Shown here: positions 1-9,853 of the stretch, in pieces
Layout of the letters: each line of letters begins with the position of its first letter
Position numbering within the stretch: the stretch's first letter is position 1
NCBI GenBank assembly: GCA_963716815.1
Contig: CAVQUM010000010.1
Coordinates: 32,299 to 96,298 of the forward strand
Length of the DNA: 64,000 bases
Reading direction: 5' to 3'
DNA from: an uncultured Chloroflexia bacterium
GTDB lineage: Bacteria > Chloroflexota > Limnocylindria > Limnocylindrales > CSP1-4
Program-made: the position numbers and the translations under genes
Notes under the pieces: generated by a model
The model's input: the letters and a program-made list of their open reading frames with translations, nothing else
Told to the model about the DNA's origin: nothing
The model's database searches: none

Positions 1-2
1 GC

Positions 3-317
3 CAGGTCCTGGCCAAGCCCGGCTCGATCAAGCCGCACACGAAGTTCACCGCCCGCGTCTACGTCCTGACCAAGGAGGAGGGCGGCCGCCACACGCCGTT
101 CTACAACGGCTACCGGCCCCAGTTCTACCTGCGCACCACCGACGTCACCGGGGCCATCAGCCTCAAGGACGGTGCCGAGATGATCATGCCCGGTGACCAC
201 GTCGACATGGATGTCGAGCTCATCACGCCCATCGCCATCGAGGTCGGCCAGCGCTTCGCCATCCGCGAAGGCGGCCGCACCGTCGGTGCCGGCGTCATCA
301 ACGCGGTCGAGGACTAG
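3..317 (+). CDS. tuf: Elongation factor Tu, C-terminal fragment (5' end outside window)
   Basis: Frame 3 translates to ...[36 protein letters not shown]...[15 protein letters not shown], the conserved EF-Tu domain 3. Stop TAG at 315-317. Sits directly upstream of rpsJ. Confidence 0.9.
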   Translation, partial: QVLAKPGSIKPHTKFTARVYVLTKEEGGRHTPFYNGYRPQFYLRTTDVTGAISLKDGAEMIMPGDHVDMDVELITPIAIEVGQRFAIREGGRTVGAGVINAVED

Positions 318-319
318 AC

Positions 320-628
320 ATGGCAAGGCAGCGGATCCGTATCCGCCTCAAGGCATACGATCACCGGCTCCTGGACCAGTCCGCGCTCCAGATCGTGGAG
401 ACGGCCCAGCGCACCGGAGCCGAAGTCGTCGGCCCGGTTCCGCTGCCGACCCGTATCGAGAAGTTCACGGTCCTGCGGTCGCCGTTCATCGACAAGGACT
501 CCCGGGAACAGTTCGAGATCCGCACGCACAAGCGGCTCATCGACATCCTGGACCCGTCTTCCAAGACCGTTGACGCGCTGATGCGGCTGTCCCTGGCCGC
601 CGGTGTCGATATCGAGATCAGGATGTAA
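320..628 (+). CDS. rpsJ: 30S ribosomal protein S10
   Basis: 102 aa, [21 protein letters not shown]... is canonical uS10. Begins 2 nt after the tuf stop. Confidence 0.95.
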   Translation: MARQRIRIRLKAYDHRLLDQSALQIVETAQRTGAEVVGPVPLPTRIEKFTVLRSPFIDKDSREQFEIRTHKRLIDILDPSSKTVDALMRLSLAAGVDIEIRM

Positions 629-1237
629 ATGAGTATCGGACTGATCGGCCGCAAGGTCGGAATGACACAGGTCTTCGCGGAGGACGGCACCATGGTGCCG
701 GTCTCCGTGGTGGCCATCGAACCCAATACCGTGACCCTGCTCCGCACCGAGGAGCGCGACGGCTACACCGCCGTCCAGGTCGGCGCCGGCACCGCCCGGA
801 AGACGACCAAGCCTCGTGCGGGCCAGCTGGTGGACCTGCCCAAGGTCCGTGACGTACGCGAGTTCCGCGTCGACGACGTGACCGACTACGAGGTCGGCCA
901 GACGCTCGACGTGAGCCTCTTCGAGGACGGCGAGTCGGTGGCCATCACCGGCACGTCCAAGGGCAAGGGCTTCGCGGGCACCATCAAGCGCCATCACTTC
1001 CGTCGCGGTCCCGAGACGCACGGTTCCGACTCCCATCGAGCTCCCGGCTCGATCGGCGGCGGCACCTACCCGGGCAAGGTCTTCCGCGGCACGCCCATGG
1101 CCGGTCACCTGGGCCATGAGCGGGTCACGGTCAAGAACGCCACCATCGTGCGCAGCGATGCCGAGCGCAACCTGCTGCTCGTCAGGGGCCCGGTCCCCGG
1201 TCCCCGCAACGCGCTCATCGTGGTCAGGAAGGCATAG
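629..1237 (+). CDS. rplC: 50S ribosomal protein L3
   Basis: 202 aa, [16 protein letters not shown]... is a uL3 signature. Confidence 0.95.
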   Translation: MSIGLIGRKVGMTQVFAEDGTMVPVSVVAIEPNTVTLLRTEERDGYTAVQVGAGTARKTTKPRAGQLVDLPKVRDVREFRVDDVTDYEVGQTLDVSLFEDGESVAITGTSKGKGFAGTIKRHHFRRGPETHGSDSHRAPGSIGGGTYPGKVFRGTPMAGHLGHERVTVKNATIVRSDAERNLLLVRGPVPGPRNALIVVRKA

Positions 1238-1239
1238 CC

Positions 1240-1863
1240 ATGCCCACGACTCCGCTCTACGACAAGTCCGGCTCCGAGGCCGGCACCATCGACCTGCCGG
1301 ACGCGCTCTTCGCGGCCCCGGTCAATACCGCGGTCATGCACCAGGCCGTCGTGGCCCAGCTGGCCGGCCGGCGCATCGGTACGGCCAAGGTCAAGACGCG
1401 CGCCGAGGTGCGTGGCGGTGGCCGCAAGCCCTACCGTCAGAAGGGTACCGGCCGCGCTCGCCAGGGCACCCGCTCCGCTCCGCACTACGCGGGCGGCGGC
1501 GTGGTCTTCGGCCCGAGCCCGCGCAAGTACGACAAGCGCATGCCCAAGCGCATGCGCCGGCTCGCGCTCGTGGGCGCGCTCACGGCCAAGTTCGACGACG
1601 GCGTCATCAAGGTCGTCAACGACCTCGAGCTCGACGAAGTCAAGACCAAGCAGCTGCTCGCTCACCTGGGCTCGCTCGAAGCCGCGGGCAAGGTGCTCGT
1701 GGTCGAGGACGGCAAGAACGAGGCCCTCGAGCTCTCCGCTCGCAACGTGCCCGACCTCGTCGTCATCCGCTCGGACTCGCTCAACATCGTCGACGTCATC
1801 GACGCCGACGCGATCGTCATCACCAAGCCCTCCATCGCGACCATGTCGGAGGTGTACGCATGA
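1240..1863 (+). CDS. rplD: 50S ribosomal protein L4
   Basis: 207 aa with the [18 protein letters not shown] motif of uL4. Confidence 0.95.
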   Translation: MPTTPLYDKSGSEAGTIDLPDALFAAPVNTAVMHQAVVAQLAGRRIGTAKVKTRAEVRGGGRKPYRQKGTGRARQGTRSAPHYAGGGVVFGPSPRKYDKRMPKRMRRLALVGALTAKFDDGVIKVVNDLELDEVKTKQLLAHLGSLEAAGKVLVVEDGKNEALELSARNVPDLVVIRSDSLNIVDVIDADAIVITKPSIATMSEVYA

Positions 1864-2163
1864 GCCTCAGCGCCACGCAGATCGTCCTCCGCCCGGTCAT
1901 CAGCGAGAAGTCGATGGACCAGTCGACGGTCAACAAGTACACCTTCGCGGTCGCTGACGAAGCGAACAAGATGCAGATCAAGGCCGCGGTCGAGGAGCTC
2001 TTCAAGGTCACCGTGCTTGAGCGTCAACGTGCTGACCACGAAGCGCAAGGAGAAGTCCCGCAACCGCCGTCGCGGGCGCCAGGTCGGCTACACGTCCCCC
2101 TGGAAGAAGGCCGTCGTGACCATCAAGCACGGCGACTCGATCGAATTCTTCGAGGGAGTCTAG
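1860..2163 (+). CDS. rplW: 50S ribosomal protein L23; reading frame broken by an apparent 1-nt insertion near 2017-2018
   Basis: N-terminal half [18 protein letters not shown]...EELFKVTV is in frame 0. The conserved C-terminal half [48 protein letters not shown] is in frame +1 and ends at TAG 2161-2163. The join is at gtgcTTgag. The 625-aa ORF 1116..2993 in the track is the read-through artifact. Confidence 0.85.
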
Positions 2164-2165
2164 TC

Positions 2166-2993
2166 ATGCCGATCCGAGGCTATAAGCCGACATCCCCGGG
2201 TCGCCGCTTCATGACGCGGTCGACCTTCGAGGAGATCACCACCGACAAGCCCCACAAGCCGCTGGTCGAGTCCAAGAAGCGCGGCTCCGGCCGCAACTCG
2301 CAAGGCCGCATGACCGTGCGTCATCGTGGCGGCGGAGCCAGGCGCAACTACCGTCGCATCGACTTCCGCCGCGACAAGTGGGACGTGCCCGCGGTGCTCG
2401 CGACCATCGAGTACGACCCCAACCGCTCGGCGCGCATCGGCCTGCTGCACTACGCCGATGGCGAGAAGCGCTACATCCTCGTGCCCAACGGCCTCAAGGT
2501 CGGTGACACCGTCGTCGCCGGGACCAAGGCCGAGGCGCGCGTGGGCAACGCCCTGCCGCTCAAGTCGATCCCGCTGGGCACGCAGCTGCACAACATCGAG
2601 CTGATCCCCGGCAAGGGCGGCCAGATCGTCCGCTCTGCGGGCACCTCGGCGCAGCTGATGGCCAAGGAGGGCCAGTACGCGCTGGTGCGCCTGCCCTCCG
2701 GCGAGGTCCGTCGCGTGGACATGCGCTGCATGGCCACCGTCGGCCAGGTGGGCAACATCGATCACGAGAACCAGAGCCTGGGCAAGGCCGGTCGTGCCCG
2801 CCACATGGGCAGGCGACCCGAGGTTCGCGGCGTGGTCATGAACCCCAGGGACCATCCCCACGGTGGTGGCGAGGGCAAGTCGCCCACGGGCATGCCGCCC
2901 AAGACCCCCTGGGGCCAGCCGGCCATGGGTCACCGCACCCGTCGCAACAAGAAGTCCGGGAGGCTCATCGCGACCTCCCGTCACCGCAAGTAG
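2166..2993 (+). CDS. rplB: 50S ribosomal protein L2
   Basis: [17 protein letters not shown]...[21 protein letters not shown] is uL2. ATG at 2166. Confidence 0.95.
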   Translation: MPIRGYKPTSPGRRFMTRSTFEEITTDKPHKPLVESKKRGSGRNSQGRMTVRHRGGGARRNYRRIDFRRDKWDVPAVLATIEYDPNRSARIGLLHYADGEKRYILVPNGLKVGDTVVAGTKAEARVGNALPLKSIPLGTQLHNIELIPGKGGQIVRSAGTSAQLMAKEGQYALVRLPSGEVRRVDMRCMATVGQVGNIDHENQSLGKAGRARHMGRRPEVRGVVMNPRDHPHGGGEGKSPTGMPPKTPWGQPAMGHRTRRNKKSGRLIATSRHRK

Positions 2994-3008
2994 GCAGGGA
3001 GGAGCGAC

Positions 3009-3293
3009 ATGTCACGTTCCCTGAAGAAGGGTCCGTACGTCGAGCAGCGGCTCCTGGCCCGCGTGCAGACGATGAACAAGAACAACGAGAAGCAGGTGTT
3101 GAAGACCTGGTCGCGTGCCAGCGTCATCTTCCCCGACTTCATCGGGCACACCGTCGCCGTCTACAACGGCAAGAAGCACATCCCGGTGTTCATCTCCGAA
3201 AACATGGTCGGCCACCGGCTCGGTGAGTTCGCCCCCACCCGCAACTACCGCGGTCACGGGCGCCACACCGAGCGGTCGACGTCGCTGAAGTAG
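3009..3293 (+). CDS. rpsS: 30S ribosomal protein S19
   Basis: 94 aa, [16 protein letters not shown]...[15 protein letters not shown]. Confidence 0.95.
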   Translation: MSRSLKKGPYVEQRLLARVQTMNKNNEKQVLKTWSRASVIFPDFIGHTVAVYNGKKHIPVFISENMVGHRLGEFAPTRNYRGHGRHTERSTSLK

Positions 3294-3301
3294 GGGCCGC
3301 G

Positions 3302-3640
3302 ATGCGAGTTTCTGCTACCGCCAAGTACATCCGCCGCTCCACGCGCAAGACCCGCCTGGTCACGCAGGCCATCGTCGGGCGACCCGTGGAGGAGGCTGCG
3401 GCCATCCTGCAGTTCATGCCGCAGGGCGCCGCCCGCGACGTGGCCAAGGTGCTCAAGAGCGCCACGGCCAACGCCGAGAACAACCATGACCTCCCCGCCG
3501 ATGAGCTCTTCGTCGCGGAGGCCACTGCCAACGAGGGACCCACCATCAAGCGCTGGCGACCACGCGCCCAGGGGCGTGCATTCCCCATCAACAAGCCCAT
3601 GACCCACGTGACGGTCGTGGTCGAGAACCGGGAGGCCTAG
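3302..3640 (+). CDS. rplV: 50S ribosomal protein L22
   Basis: 112 aa, uL22 fold sequence after rpsS. Confidence 0.93.
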   Translation: MRVSATAKYIRRSTRKTRLVTQAIVGRPVEEAAAILQFMPQGAARDVAKVLKSATANAENNHDLPADELFVAEATANEGPTIKRWRPRAQGRAFPINKPMTHVTVVVENREA

Positions 3641-3642
3641 GC

Positions 3643-4314
3643 ATGGGACACAAGGTCCACCCCAACGGCTTCCGGCTGGGCGTCTCGCGCACCTGGAATG
3701 CCAAGTGGTACTCCGACAAGGAATACACCGACCTGCTGCGTGAGGACATCTCCATCCGCACGCTCGTGCAGAAGCGCCTGGCCAACGCCAGCGTCTCCCT
3801 CGTCGAGATCGAGCGCGGCATCAACCACGTGACCGTCACGGTCCACACCGCCAAGCCGGGCATCGTCATCGGCAAGGGCGGGGCCAACGTCGAAGGCCTG
3901 CGCCAGGCGGTCGGCAAGCTCACCGACCGCAAGGTCAAGCTGGAGATCCGCGAGATCCGCCAGCCCGAGCTCGACGGTGTGCTGGTGGCGACCAACATCG
4001 CCCAGCAGCTGACCCGTCGCATCGCCTTCCGCAAGGCCATCAAGCAGTCCATCCAGCGGACCATGAAGGCCGGCGCCAAGGGCGTGAAGGTCCAGGTCTC
4101 GGGCCGCCTCGGCGGTTCGGAGATGGCCCGCCGCGAGTGGGACAAGGAAGGCCGCATCCCGCTGGGCACCCTGCGTGCCGACATCAGCTACGGCCAGGTC
4201 CTGAGCCGGACCACCTACGGCGCCATCGGCGTCAAGGTCTGGATCTACCGCGGCGACATCATCCCGGAGAAGGCCAAGCCGACCGAGGCCGCGGCCGCCG
4301 GGGGAGGGGCGTAG
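3643..4314 (+). CDS. rpsC: 30S ribosomal protein S3
   Basis: 223 aa, [23 protein letters not shown]..., KH domain, Ala/Gly tail. Confidence 0.95.
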   Translation: MGHKVHPNGFRLGVSRTWNAKWYSDKEYTDLLREDISIRTLVQKRLANASVSLVEIERGINHVTVTVHTAKPGIVIGKGGANVEGLRQAVGKLTDRKVKLEIREIRQPELDGVLVATNIAQQLTRRIAFRKAIKQSIQRTMKAGAKGVKVQVSGRLGGSEMARREWDKEGRIPLGTLRADISYGQVLSRTTYGAIGVKVWIYRGDIIPEKAKPTEAAAAGGGA

Positions 4315-4318
4315 CGAC

Positions 4319-4747
4319 ATGTTGATGCCCCGTCGCGTCAAGCACCGCAAGCAGCAGCGTGGCCGCATGAGCGGCATCGCCAAGGGTGGTTCGACCATCG
4401 CCTTCGGCGACTACGCGCTGATGACCGAGGAGCCTGGCTACATCACCAGCCGCCAGATCGAGGCCGCTCGCCGTGCCATGACCCGCTACGTCCGCCGTGG
4501 CGGCAAGATCTGGATCCGCATCTTCCCGGACAAGCCGGTCACCAAGAAGCCGGCCGAAGTCCGTATGGGCAAGGGCAAGGGCGCGGCCGACCACTGGGTC
4601 GCCGTGGTCAAGCCCGGCCGCATCCTGTTCGAGATGGCCGGCGTCCCTCACGAGGACGCGGTCGAGGCCATGCGCCTGGCCAGCCACAAGCTGCCCACGA
4701 GCGTCAGGGTCGTGATCAGAGAGGGGGTCCATGATGGAGATCGCTAA
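4319..4747 (+). CDS. rplP: 50S ribosomal protein L16
   Basis: 142 aa, [24 protein letters not shown]... Confidence 0.95.
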   Translation: MLMPRRVKHRKQQRGRMSGIAKGGSTIAFGDYALMTEEPGYITSRQIEAARRAMTRYVRRGGKIWIRIFPDKPVTKKPAEVRMGKGKGAADHWVAVVKPGRILFEMAGVPHEDAVEAMRLASHKLPTSVRVVIREGVHDGDR

Positions 4748-4967
4748 GGCCCGCAGCCTCTCCGAGCAGGAGCTCAGCGAGGAGTTGGAGTCGGCTCGCC
4801 GCCATCTCTACGACCTGCGTTTCCAGCTGGCGACCCGCCAGCTCACCGATTACAGCCAGATCTCGCAGACGCGCAAGGACATCGCCCGCCTGCTGACCGT
4901 CCAGACCGAGCGCAAGCTCGAGGCCGGCAGCCAGGGTGCGTCCGCCGCGGCTGCCGGAGGAGAGTAG
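4731..4967 (+). CDS. rpmC: 50S ribosomal protein L29, with a short Ala-rich tail
   Basis: [38 protein letters not shown]... matches uL29. Overlaps the 3' end of rplP by 17 nt. Confidence 0.9.
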   Translation: MMEIAKARSLSEQELSEELESARRHLYDLRFQLATRQLTDYSQISQTRKDIARLLTVQTERKLEAGSQGASAAAAGGE

Positions 4968-5417
4968 ATGAGCGCCGCCACTGCACCTGAGCGCGGAAAG
5001 CGCAAGGCCAAGGTCGGCCGCGTCGTTTCCGACAAGATGGACAAGACCATCGTCGTCTCCGTCGAGCGTCTTGCCCGCCACCGCATCTACAAGCGCGTCA
5101 TCCGCCTGACCACCAAGTTCAAGGCGCACGACGAGCACAACGAGGCCCATGTGGGCGACACCGTCCGCATCGAGGAGGCTCGCCCCCTTTCCCGCACCAA
5201 GCGCTGGCGCCTGGCCGAGATCGTGACCAAGGCCGGCCTCGGTGCCGGCGAGCAGATCGTGGCCGAGGAGGCTGAGACCGCCGAGGCCATCCACATGGCT
5301 GCCCATCCGGGCAAGGTCAAGGCCGAAGAGACCGCTGCCGAGGACGGCGCGGTGGCCGAGGCGACCGCCGAGGAGACCGCTGAGGTGCCCGCCCAGGGCG
5401 AGGAGGCCTCCGCATGA
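4968..5417 (+). CDS. rpsQ: 30S ribosomal protein S17 with a ~60-aa Ala/Glu-rich C-terminal extension
   Basis: The first ~85 aa are canonical uS17 ([36 protein letters not shown]...). The tail is [51 protein letters not shown]. The stop overlaps the rplN start (ATGA). Confidence 0.9.
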   Translation: MSAATAPERGKRKAKVGRVVSDKMDKTIVVSVERLARHRIYKRVIRLTTKFKAHDEHNEAHVGDTVRIEEARPLSRTKRWRLAEIVTKAGLGAGEQIVAEEAETAEAIHMAAHPGKVKAEETAAEDGAVAEATAEETAEVPAQGEEASA

Positions 5418-5782
5418 TCCAGCCCAGCAGCCGGCTCCGAGTGGCCGACAACACCGGCGCGCGCGTGGTCGAGTGCATCCGCATCCTGGGGCGCTCGCAG
5501 AAGCCGACCGCGGGCGTCGGCGACGTCATCGTCGCCTCCGTCAAGCAGGCCATCCCCAACGCCGCGGTCAAGAAGGGCGACATCGTCCAGGCCGTCATCG
5601 TGCGTACCGCCAAGGAATACGGGCGGCCCGATGGGAGCTACATCCGCTTCGACGAGAACGCGGCCGTGCTCATCAACAACCAGGGCAACCCCCGCGGCAC
5701 GCGCATCTTCGGGCCCGTGGCCCGCGAGCTTCGCGACCGCAACTACATGAAGATCATCTCGCTCGCCCCGGAGGTGCTGTGA
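5414..5782 (+). CDS. rplN: 50S ribosomal protein L14
   Basis: 122 aa, [17 protein letters not shown]... is a uL14 signature. Confidence 0.95.
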   Translation: MIQPSSRLRVADNTGARVVECIRILGRSQKPTAGVGDVIVASVKQAIPNAAVKKGDIVQAVIVRTAKEYGRPDGSYIRFDENAAVLINNQGNPRGTRIFGPVARELRDRNYMKIISLAPEVL

Positions 5783-6237
5783 TGGCACCGACAGTCAAGC
5801 CCCGCCGCCACACTCGCGTCCCGGACCTGCGTGCCGGCGACCAGGTAGTGGTGCTCAAGGGCAAGGACGCCGGCAAGCGCGGTGTCATCCACAAGGTGCT
5901 GCGTCACCAGCAGGGCTGGGCTCGCTCGACCGCGCGCTTCGGCTCCGGCTGGCAGGACAAGGCGCCGCTGTCCGGTGCGGCCGTCGTCATCGAGGGCCTC
6001 AACATCGCCAAGCGGCACACCAAGCCGCGCCAGGTGGCGGGCCGGACCGAGCGCCAGCCCCGCATCCAGCAGGGCGGCATCCTGGACATCCCCCAGCCCA
6101 TCGCCATCAGTAACGTCATGCTCGTTTGTCCGCACTGCTCGCGTCCCACCCGCGTGCGCCATGAGCGCACCGGCGATGGCCGCAGCATCCGCACCTGCAC
6201 ACACTGCAGCGAGTCCGTGACCCGAGCGGAGGCCTAG
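5782..6237 (+). CDS. rplX: 50S ribosomal protein L24, atypically long (152 aa), with an internal insertion and a C-terminal CxxC...CxxC motif
   Basis: [39 protein letters not shown]...KRHTKPRQ...[21 protein letters not shown] is the KOW/uL24 core. Unusual parts are the insert [24 protein letters not shown] and the C-terminus [29 protein letters not shown]. Confidence 0.85.
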   Translation: MAPTVKPRRHTRVPDLRAGDQVVVLKGKDAGKRGVIHKVLRHQQGWARSTARFGSGWQDKAPLSGAAVVIEGLNIAKRHTKPRQVAGRTERQPRIQQGGILDIPQPIAISNVMLVCPHCSRPTRVRHERTGDGRSIRTCTHCSESVTRAEA

Positions 6238-6239
6238 GA

Positions 6240-6782
6240 GTGAGCAACGGACTGCGTCAGCGTTACCAAGAAGAGGTCCGGCCGGCCCTGGTCAAGGAGT
6301 TCGACTACCAGAACCCCATGCAAGTGCCGCGCCTGACCAAGATCACCGTCAACATCGGCCTGGGTGAGGCGCTCACCAACAGCAAGGCCGTTGACGCCGC
6401 TGTGAACGACCTGACCATCATCACCGGCCAGAAGCCGGTGGTGACCAAGGCCAAGCGGTCGATCGCCCAGTTCAAGATCCGCGAGGGGAACACCATCGGC
6501 TGCATGGTCACGCTGCGTGGCCAGCGCATGTGGGACTTCCTCGAGCGGCTCACCCGGCTGGCACTGCCCCGCATCCGCGACTTCCGTGGCGTCCCCACCA
6601 AGTCGTTCGATGGCCGTGGCAACTACTCGCTGGGCCTGCGCGAGCAGCTCGCGTTCCCGGAGATCGACTACGACAAGGTCGATCGCCTCCGGGGCCTCGA
6701 GATGTCGCTCGTGACCACCGCCAAGACCGACGAGGAGGGGCAGCGCCTGCTGGCTCTCCTCGGCATGCCCTTCGAGAACTAA
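6240..6782 (+). CDS. rplE: 50S ribosomal protein L5
   Basis: 180 aa with a GTG start; uL5 sequence (...[15 protein letters not shown]...). Confidence 0.93.
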   Translation: MSNGLRQRYQEEVRPALVKEFDYQNPMQVPRLTKITVNIGLGEALTNSKAVDAAVNDLTIITGQKPVVTKAKRSIAQFKIREGNTIGCMVTLRGQRMWDFLERLTRLALPRIRDFRGVPTKSFDGRGNYSLGLREQLAFPEIDYDKVDRLRGLEMSLVTTAKTDEEGQRLLALLGMPFEN

Positions 6783-6793
6783 GGAGCGACCGA

Positions 6794-6979
6794 ATGGCCA
6801 AGAAGTCCATGATCGCCAAGGCCAAGCGCACACCGCGCTTCGGCGTGCGCTCCTACCACCGCTGCTTCGTCTGTGGCCGGTCCCGCGCCTACATGCGTCG
6901 GTTCGGGCTCTGCCGAATCTGCTTCCGGGAGCGCGCCCTGATGGGTGAGCTGCCGGGCGTCACCAAGTCGAGCTGGTAG
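6794..6979 (+). CDS. rpsN: 30S ribosomal protein S14 type Z (zinc-binding, 61 aa)
   Basis: [61 protein letters not shown] carries the Cys4 motif of zinc-type uS14. Confidence 0.93.
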   Translation: MAKKSMIAKAKRTPRFGVRSYHRCFVCGRSRAYMRRFGLCRICFRERALMGELPGVTKSSW

Positions 6980-6983
6980 GCAT

Positions 6984-7379
6984 ATGAACATCTCCGATCC
7001 CATCGCCGACATGCTTACGCGCATCCGCAACGCCAGCCGGGCGCGCCACACGGACGTCTCGATCCCGGCGTCAAGGACCAAGCTGGCGATCGCCGAGATC
7101 CTCAAGGCAGAGGGCTTCATCGAAGACTTCTCCCAGTCGCAAGAGGGTCCCCGCAAGTCCATCGACATCAAGCTCAAGTACGTGGGCAAGGTGCCGGTGG
7201 TCAGCGGGCTCAAGCGCATCAGCAAGCCGGGCCTGCGGGTCTACGCATCCAAGACGGAGATCCCGCGTGTGCTGGGTGGTCTCGGCGTCGTCATCATCAG
7301 CACCAGTCAGGGCATCATGACCGGCCAGCAGGCTCGCAAGAGCCAGCTCGGCGGCGAGGTCCTGGCCTACGTCTGGTAG
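6984..7379 (+). CDS. rpsH: 30S ribosomal protein S8
   Basis: [20 protein letters not shown]... is a uS8 signature. Confidence 0.95.
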   Translation: MNISDPIADMLTRIRNASRARHTDVSIPASRTKLAIAEILKAEGFIEDFSQSQEGPRKSIDIKLKYVGKVPVVSGLKRISKPGLRVYASKTEIPRVLGGLGVVIISTSQGIMTGQQARKSQLGGEVLAYVW

Positions 7380-7388
7380 GCGACACCA

Positions 7389-7937
7389 ATGTCACGAGTC
7401 GGCAAGCTTCCGATCCCCATCCCCTCCGGCGTCGATGTCAGCGTCGAGGGCAACCACATCACGGTCAAGGGCCCCAAGGGCGAGCTCGAGCGAGATATCA
7501 CGCCGGTCCTCTCGGTCGTGACCGAAGACGGCCAGCTGCGCGTGGAGCGGCCAAACGAGGAGAAGCGCTCGCGCGAGCTCCACGGCCTGACCCGCACGCT
7601 CATCAGCAACATGGTCGTGGGTGTGACCGAGGGCTACACCCGCAATCTCGAGATCCAGGGCGTCGGTTACCGCGCTCAGCTCGTGGGCCGGAAGCTGCAG
7701 CTCAACCTGGGCTACAGCCACCCCATCGAGATCGACCCGCCCACGGGCATCGACTTCGTGGTCGATACCCCCAACAAGGTCGCCGTGACCGGCATCGACA
7801 AGCAGCTGGTCGGGCAGATGGCCGCGCAGGTGCGTGCCACTCGCAAGCCCGAGCCCTACAAGGGCAAGGGCGTCCGCTACGCGGGCGAGGTCGTGCGCCG
7901 CAAGGCCGGCAAGGCCGGCAAGATCGGCGGCGCCTAG
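7389..7937 (+). CDS. rplF: 50S ribosomal protein L6
   Basis: 182 aa, [33 protein letters not shown]... Confidence 0.95.
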   Translation: MSRVGKLPIPIPSGVDVSVEGNHITVKGPKGELERDITPVLSVVTEDGQLRVERPNEEKRSRELHGLTRTLISNMVVGVTEGYTRNLEIQGVGYRAQLVGRKLQLNLGYSHPIEIDPPTGIDFVVDTPNKVAVTGIDKQLVGQMAAQVRATRKPEPYKGKGVRYAGEVVRRKAGKAGKIGGA

Positions 7938-8024
7938 GCACCCCCGGCTCACCCATGACGAACCCAACCCTGGTCGCGGCGCCCAACGGGCGCCCCGGCC
8001 GCTAGCAGGAGACCGACGACCGCG

Positions 8025-8387
8025 ATGCCAACGGCACGAAGCCGCTCCGCCGCACGTCAGAAGCGTCACTCGCGGCTCCGCCTTCGCGTGGCGGGGTCCG
8101 CTGAGCGACCGCGCCTGGCGGTCTTTCGGAGCATCAATCAGATCTACGCCCAGGTCATCGACGACTCCACCGGGCACACCCTGGCCAGTGCTTCCTCCAT
8201 GGAAGCGGCAGTCAAGGGTGCTGGTGGCACCAAGACCGAGCGCGCCAAGCAGGTCGGGACCCTCATCGGGGACCGCGCCAAGGCCGCCGGGGTCGAGCGC
8301 GTCGTATTCGACCGTGCCGGGTTCAAGTACCACGGACGGATTCGTGCCCTCGCCGAGGGCGCTCGCGATTCCGGCCTGGAGTTCTAG
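8025..8387 (+). CDS. rplR: 50S ribosomal protein L18
   Basis: 120 aa with ...[31 protein letters not shown]... of uL18. There is an 87-nt gap after rplF. Confidence 0.93.
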   Translation: MPTARSRSAARQKRHSRLRLRVAGSAERPRLAVFRSINQIYAQVIDDSTGHTLASASSMEAAVKGAGGTKTERAKQVGTLIGDRAKAAGVERVVFDRAGFKYHGRIRALAEGARDSGLEF

Positions 8388-8395
8388 GAGGGCCC

Positions 8396-8956
8396 ATGGC
8401 TCGGATCGATCCCAGCAAGCTCAACCTCGAAGAGCGCGTCGTCCAGATCAACCGCGTGGCCAAGGTGGTCAAGGGTGGTCGGCGCTTCAGCTTCAGCGCG
8501 GTCGTCGTCGTCGGTGACGGCGAGGGACATGTCGGTGTCGGCCTGGGCAAGGCCGGCGAGGTGCCGGAGTCCATCCGCAAGGGTGTCGAGGACGCCAAGA
8601 AGAACCTCATCAAGGTGCCGCTGGTCGGCACCACCGTGCCTCACGAGGTGCGCCAGCAGTTCGGTGCCAGCACCGTCATGCTCAAGCCGGCCTCGCAGGG
8701 TACCGGCGTCATCGCCGGTGCCTCCGTGCGCGCGGTGGTGGAAGCTGCCGGCATCCGCGACATCCTGTCCAAGTCGCTCGGCTCCAACAACCCGGTCAAC
8801 GTGACCCGGGCCACGCTCGAGGGCCTGCGCAGCATGCGCTCGGCCGCCGAGCTGTCCGAGTGGCGCGGCAAGAAGCTGCGTTCCATCATCCCCGGCCAGC
8901 CGGTGCCCGGCGAGGATGGGGCGGTGCTCAGCGGCGAGGTCATCGATGGCCGCTAA
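8396..8956 (+). CDS. rpsE: 30S ribosomal protein S5
   Basis: 186 aa with ...[40 protein letters not shown]... of uS5. Confidence 0.95.
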   Translation: MARIDPSKLNLEERVVQINRVAKVVKGGRRFSFSAVVVVGDGEGHVGVGLGKAGEVPESIRKGVEDAKKNLIKVPLVGTTVPHEVRQQFGASTVMLKPASQGTGVIAGASVRAVVEAAGIRDILSKSLGSNNPVNVTRATLEGLRSMRSAAELSEWRGKKLRSIIPGQPVPGEDGAVLSGEVIDGR

Positions 8957-9182
8957 GCTGCTCGTCACGCTCAAGAAGTCCACGGTCGGCACCAACCCCA
9001 GCGCGCGCGGTACCGTCCGCGCCCTGGGCCTGCGTCGTATCGGCCAGACGGTCGAGCTGCCGGACGATCCCGCGGTCCGCGGCCAGATCCGCGCCGTGCG
9101 CTACCTCGTCGAGTTCGAGGAGGTCCAGGCGACACCGGCCAAGAAGGCCGCCCCCAAGAAGAAGGAAGAGGCTGAGGCGTGA
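8946..9182 (+). CDS. rpmD: 50S ribosomal protein L30, with a Lys/Ala/Glu-rich C-terminal tail
   Basis: [40 protein letters not shown]... is the uL30 core. It continues as ...[21 protein letters not shown]. Confidence 0.88.
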   Translation: MAAKLLVTLKKSTVGTNPSARGTVRALGLRRIGQTVELPDDPAVRGQIRAVRYLVEFEEVQATPAKKAAPKKKEEAEA

Positions 9183-9850
9183 AGCTCCATGACCTGAAGC
9201 CGGCGCCCGGCTCACAGAAGCGGCGCATCCGTGTCGGCCGCGGTATCGCGGCCGGCAAGGGCAAGACCGCGGGTCGTGGCACCAAGGGCCAGAAGTCCCG
9301 TTCGGGTGCCCGCATCCCCGGCTGGTTCGAAGGCGGTCAGACGCCGATCCATGTGCGCGTGCCCAAACTGCGCGGCTTCAAGCCGGTCAACCGGGTCGAA
9401 TACCAGGTGGTCAACGTCGGACGCATCTCCGAGTACGCGACCGCAGGCCGCTTCGGCAGCAAGGCCGGCTCCGAGCCGATCACCGTCAACGCCGAGGTCC
9501 TCGCCGCGGCGGGCCTGATCACGCATGCCGACCGACCCGTCAAGGTGCTCGGCGACGGCGAGCTCGAGGTCAAGGTCTTCGTGGCCGCTGACGCGTTCAC
9601 GGCCTCGGCCAAGTCCAAGATCGAGGCTGCCGGCGGCTTCGTCCAGTCGCTGGCCCCCGAGCCTGCCCCGGAGGCGCCGGCCGAGGAGGCCGAGGCTCCG
9701 GCTGCGGCGGCTGAGGCCCCTGCCGAGGAAGCCCCCGCCGAAGCGGCAGCGGCCGAGGAGGCCGAGGCTCCAAGAGCCGATGCTCCAGCCGACGGTCCCG
9801 CAGCAGCCGAGGCGGAGTCCAAGACCACCGACGACCAGGCGGCTGAGTAA
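9179..9850 (+). CDS. rplO: 50S ribosomal protein L15 with a ~75-aa Ala/Glu/Pro-rich low-complexity C-terminal extension
   Basis: The first ~145 aa are uL15 ([43 protein letters not shown]...). Then comes APEPAPEAPAEEAEAPAAAAEAPAEEAPAEAAAAEEAEAP..., with DNA-level repeats of gccgaggaggccgaggctcc. Confidence 0.9.
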   Translation: MKLHDLKPAPGSQKRRIRVGRGIAAGKGKTAGRGTKGQKSRSGARIPGWFEGGQTPIHVRVPKLRGFKPVNRVEYQVVNVGRISEYATAGRFGSKAGSEPITVNAEVLAAAGLITHADRPVKVLGDGELEVKVFVAADAFTASAKSKIEAAGGFVQSLAPEPAPEAPAEEAEAPAAAAEAPAEEAPAEAAAAEEAEAPRADAPADGPAAAEAESKTTDDQAAE

Positions 9851-9853
9851 CCC

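Noticed and set aside
1116-2993. 625-aa ORF spanning rplC-rplD-rplW-rplB
   Set aside because: An out-of-frame read-through in high-GC DNA that only becomes meaningful at rplB. It exists because the rplW frameshift removes an expected stop. The real genes are the separate r-protein ORFs.
9650-9840. Direct repeats that could be mistaken for a CRISPR or mini-satellite
   Set aside because: They are codon-level repeats encoding the AEAP-rich tail of uL15, inside an open reading frame. There are no regular spacers and no cas genes.
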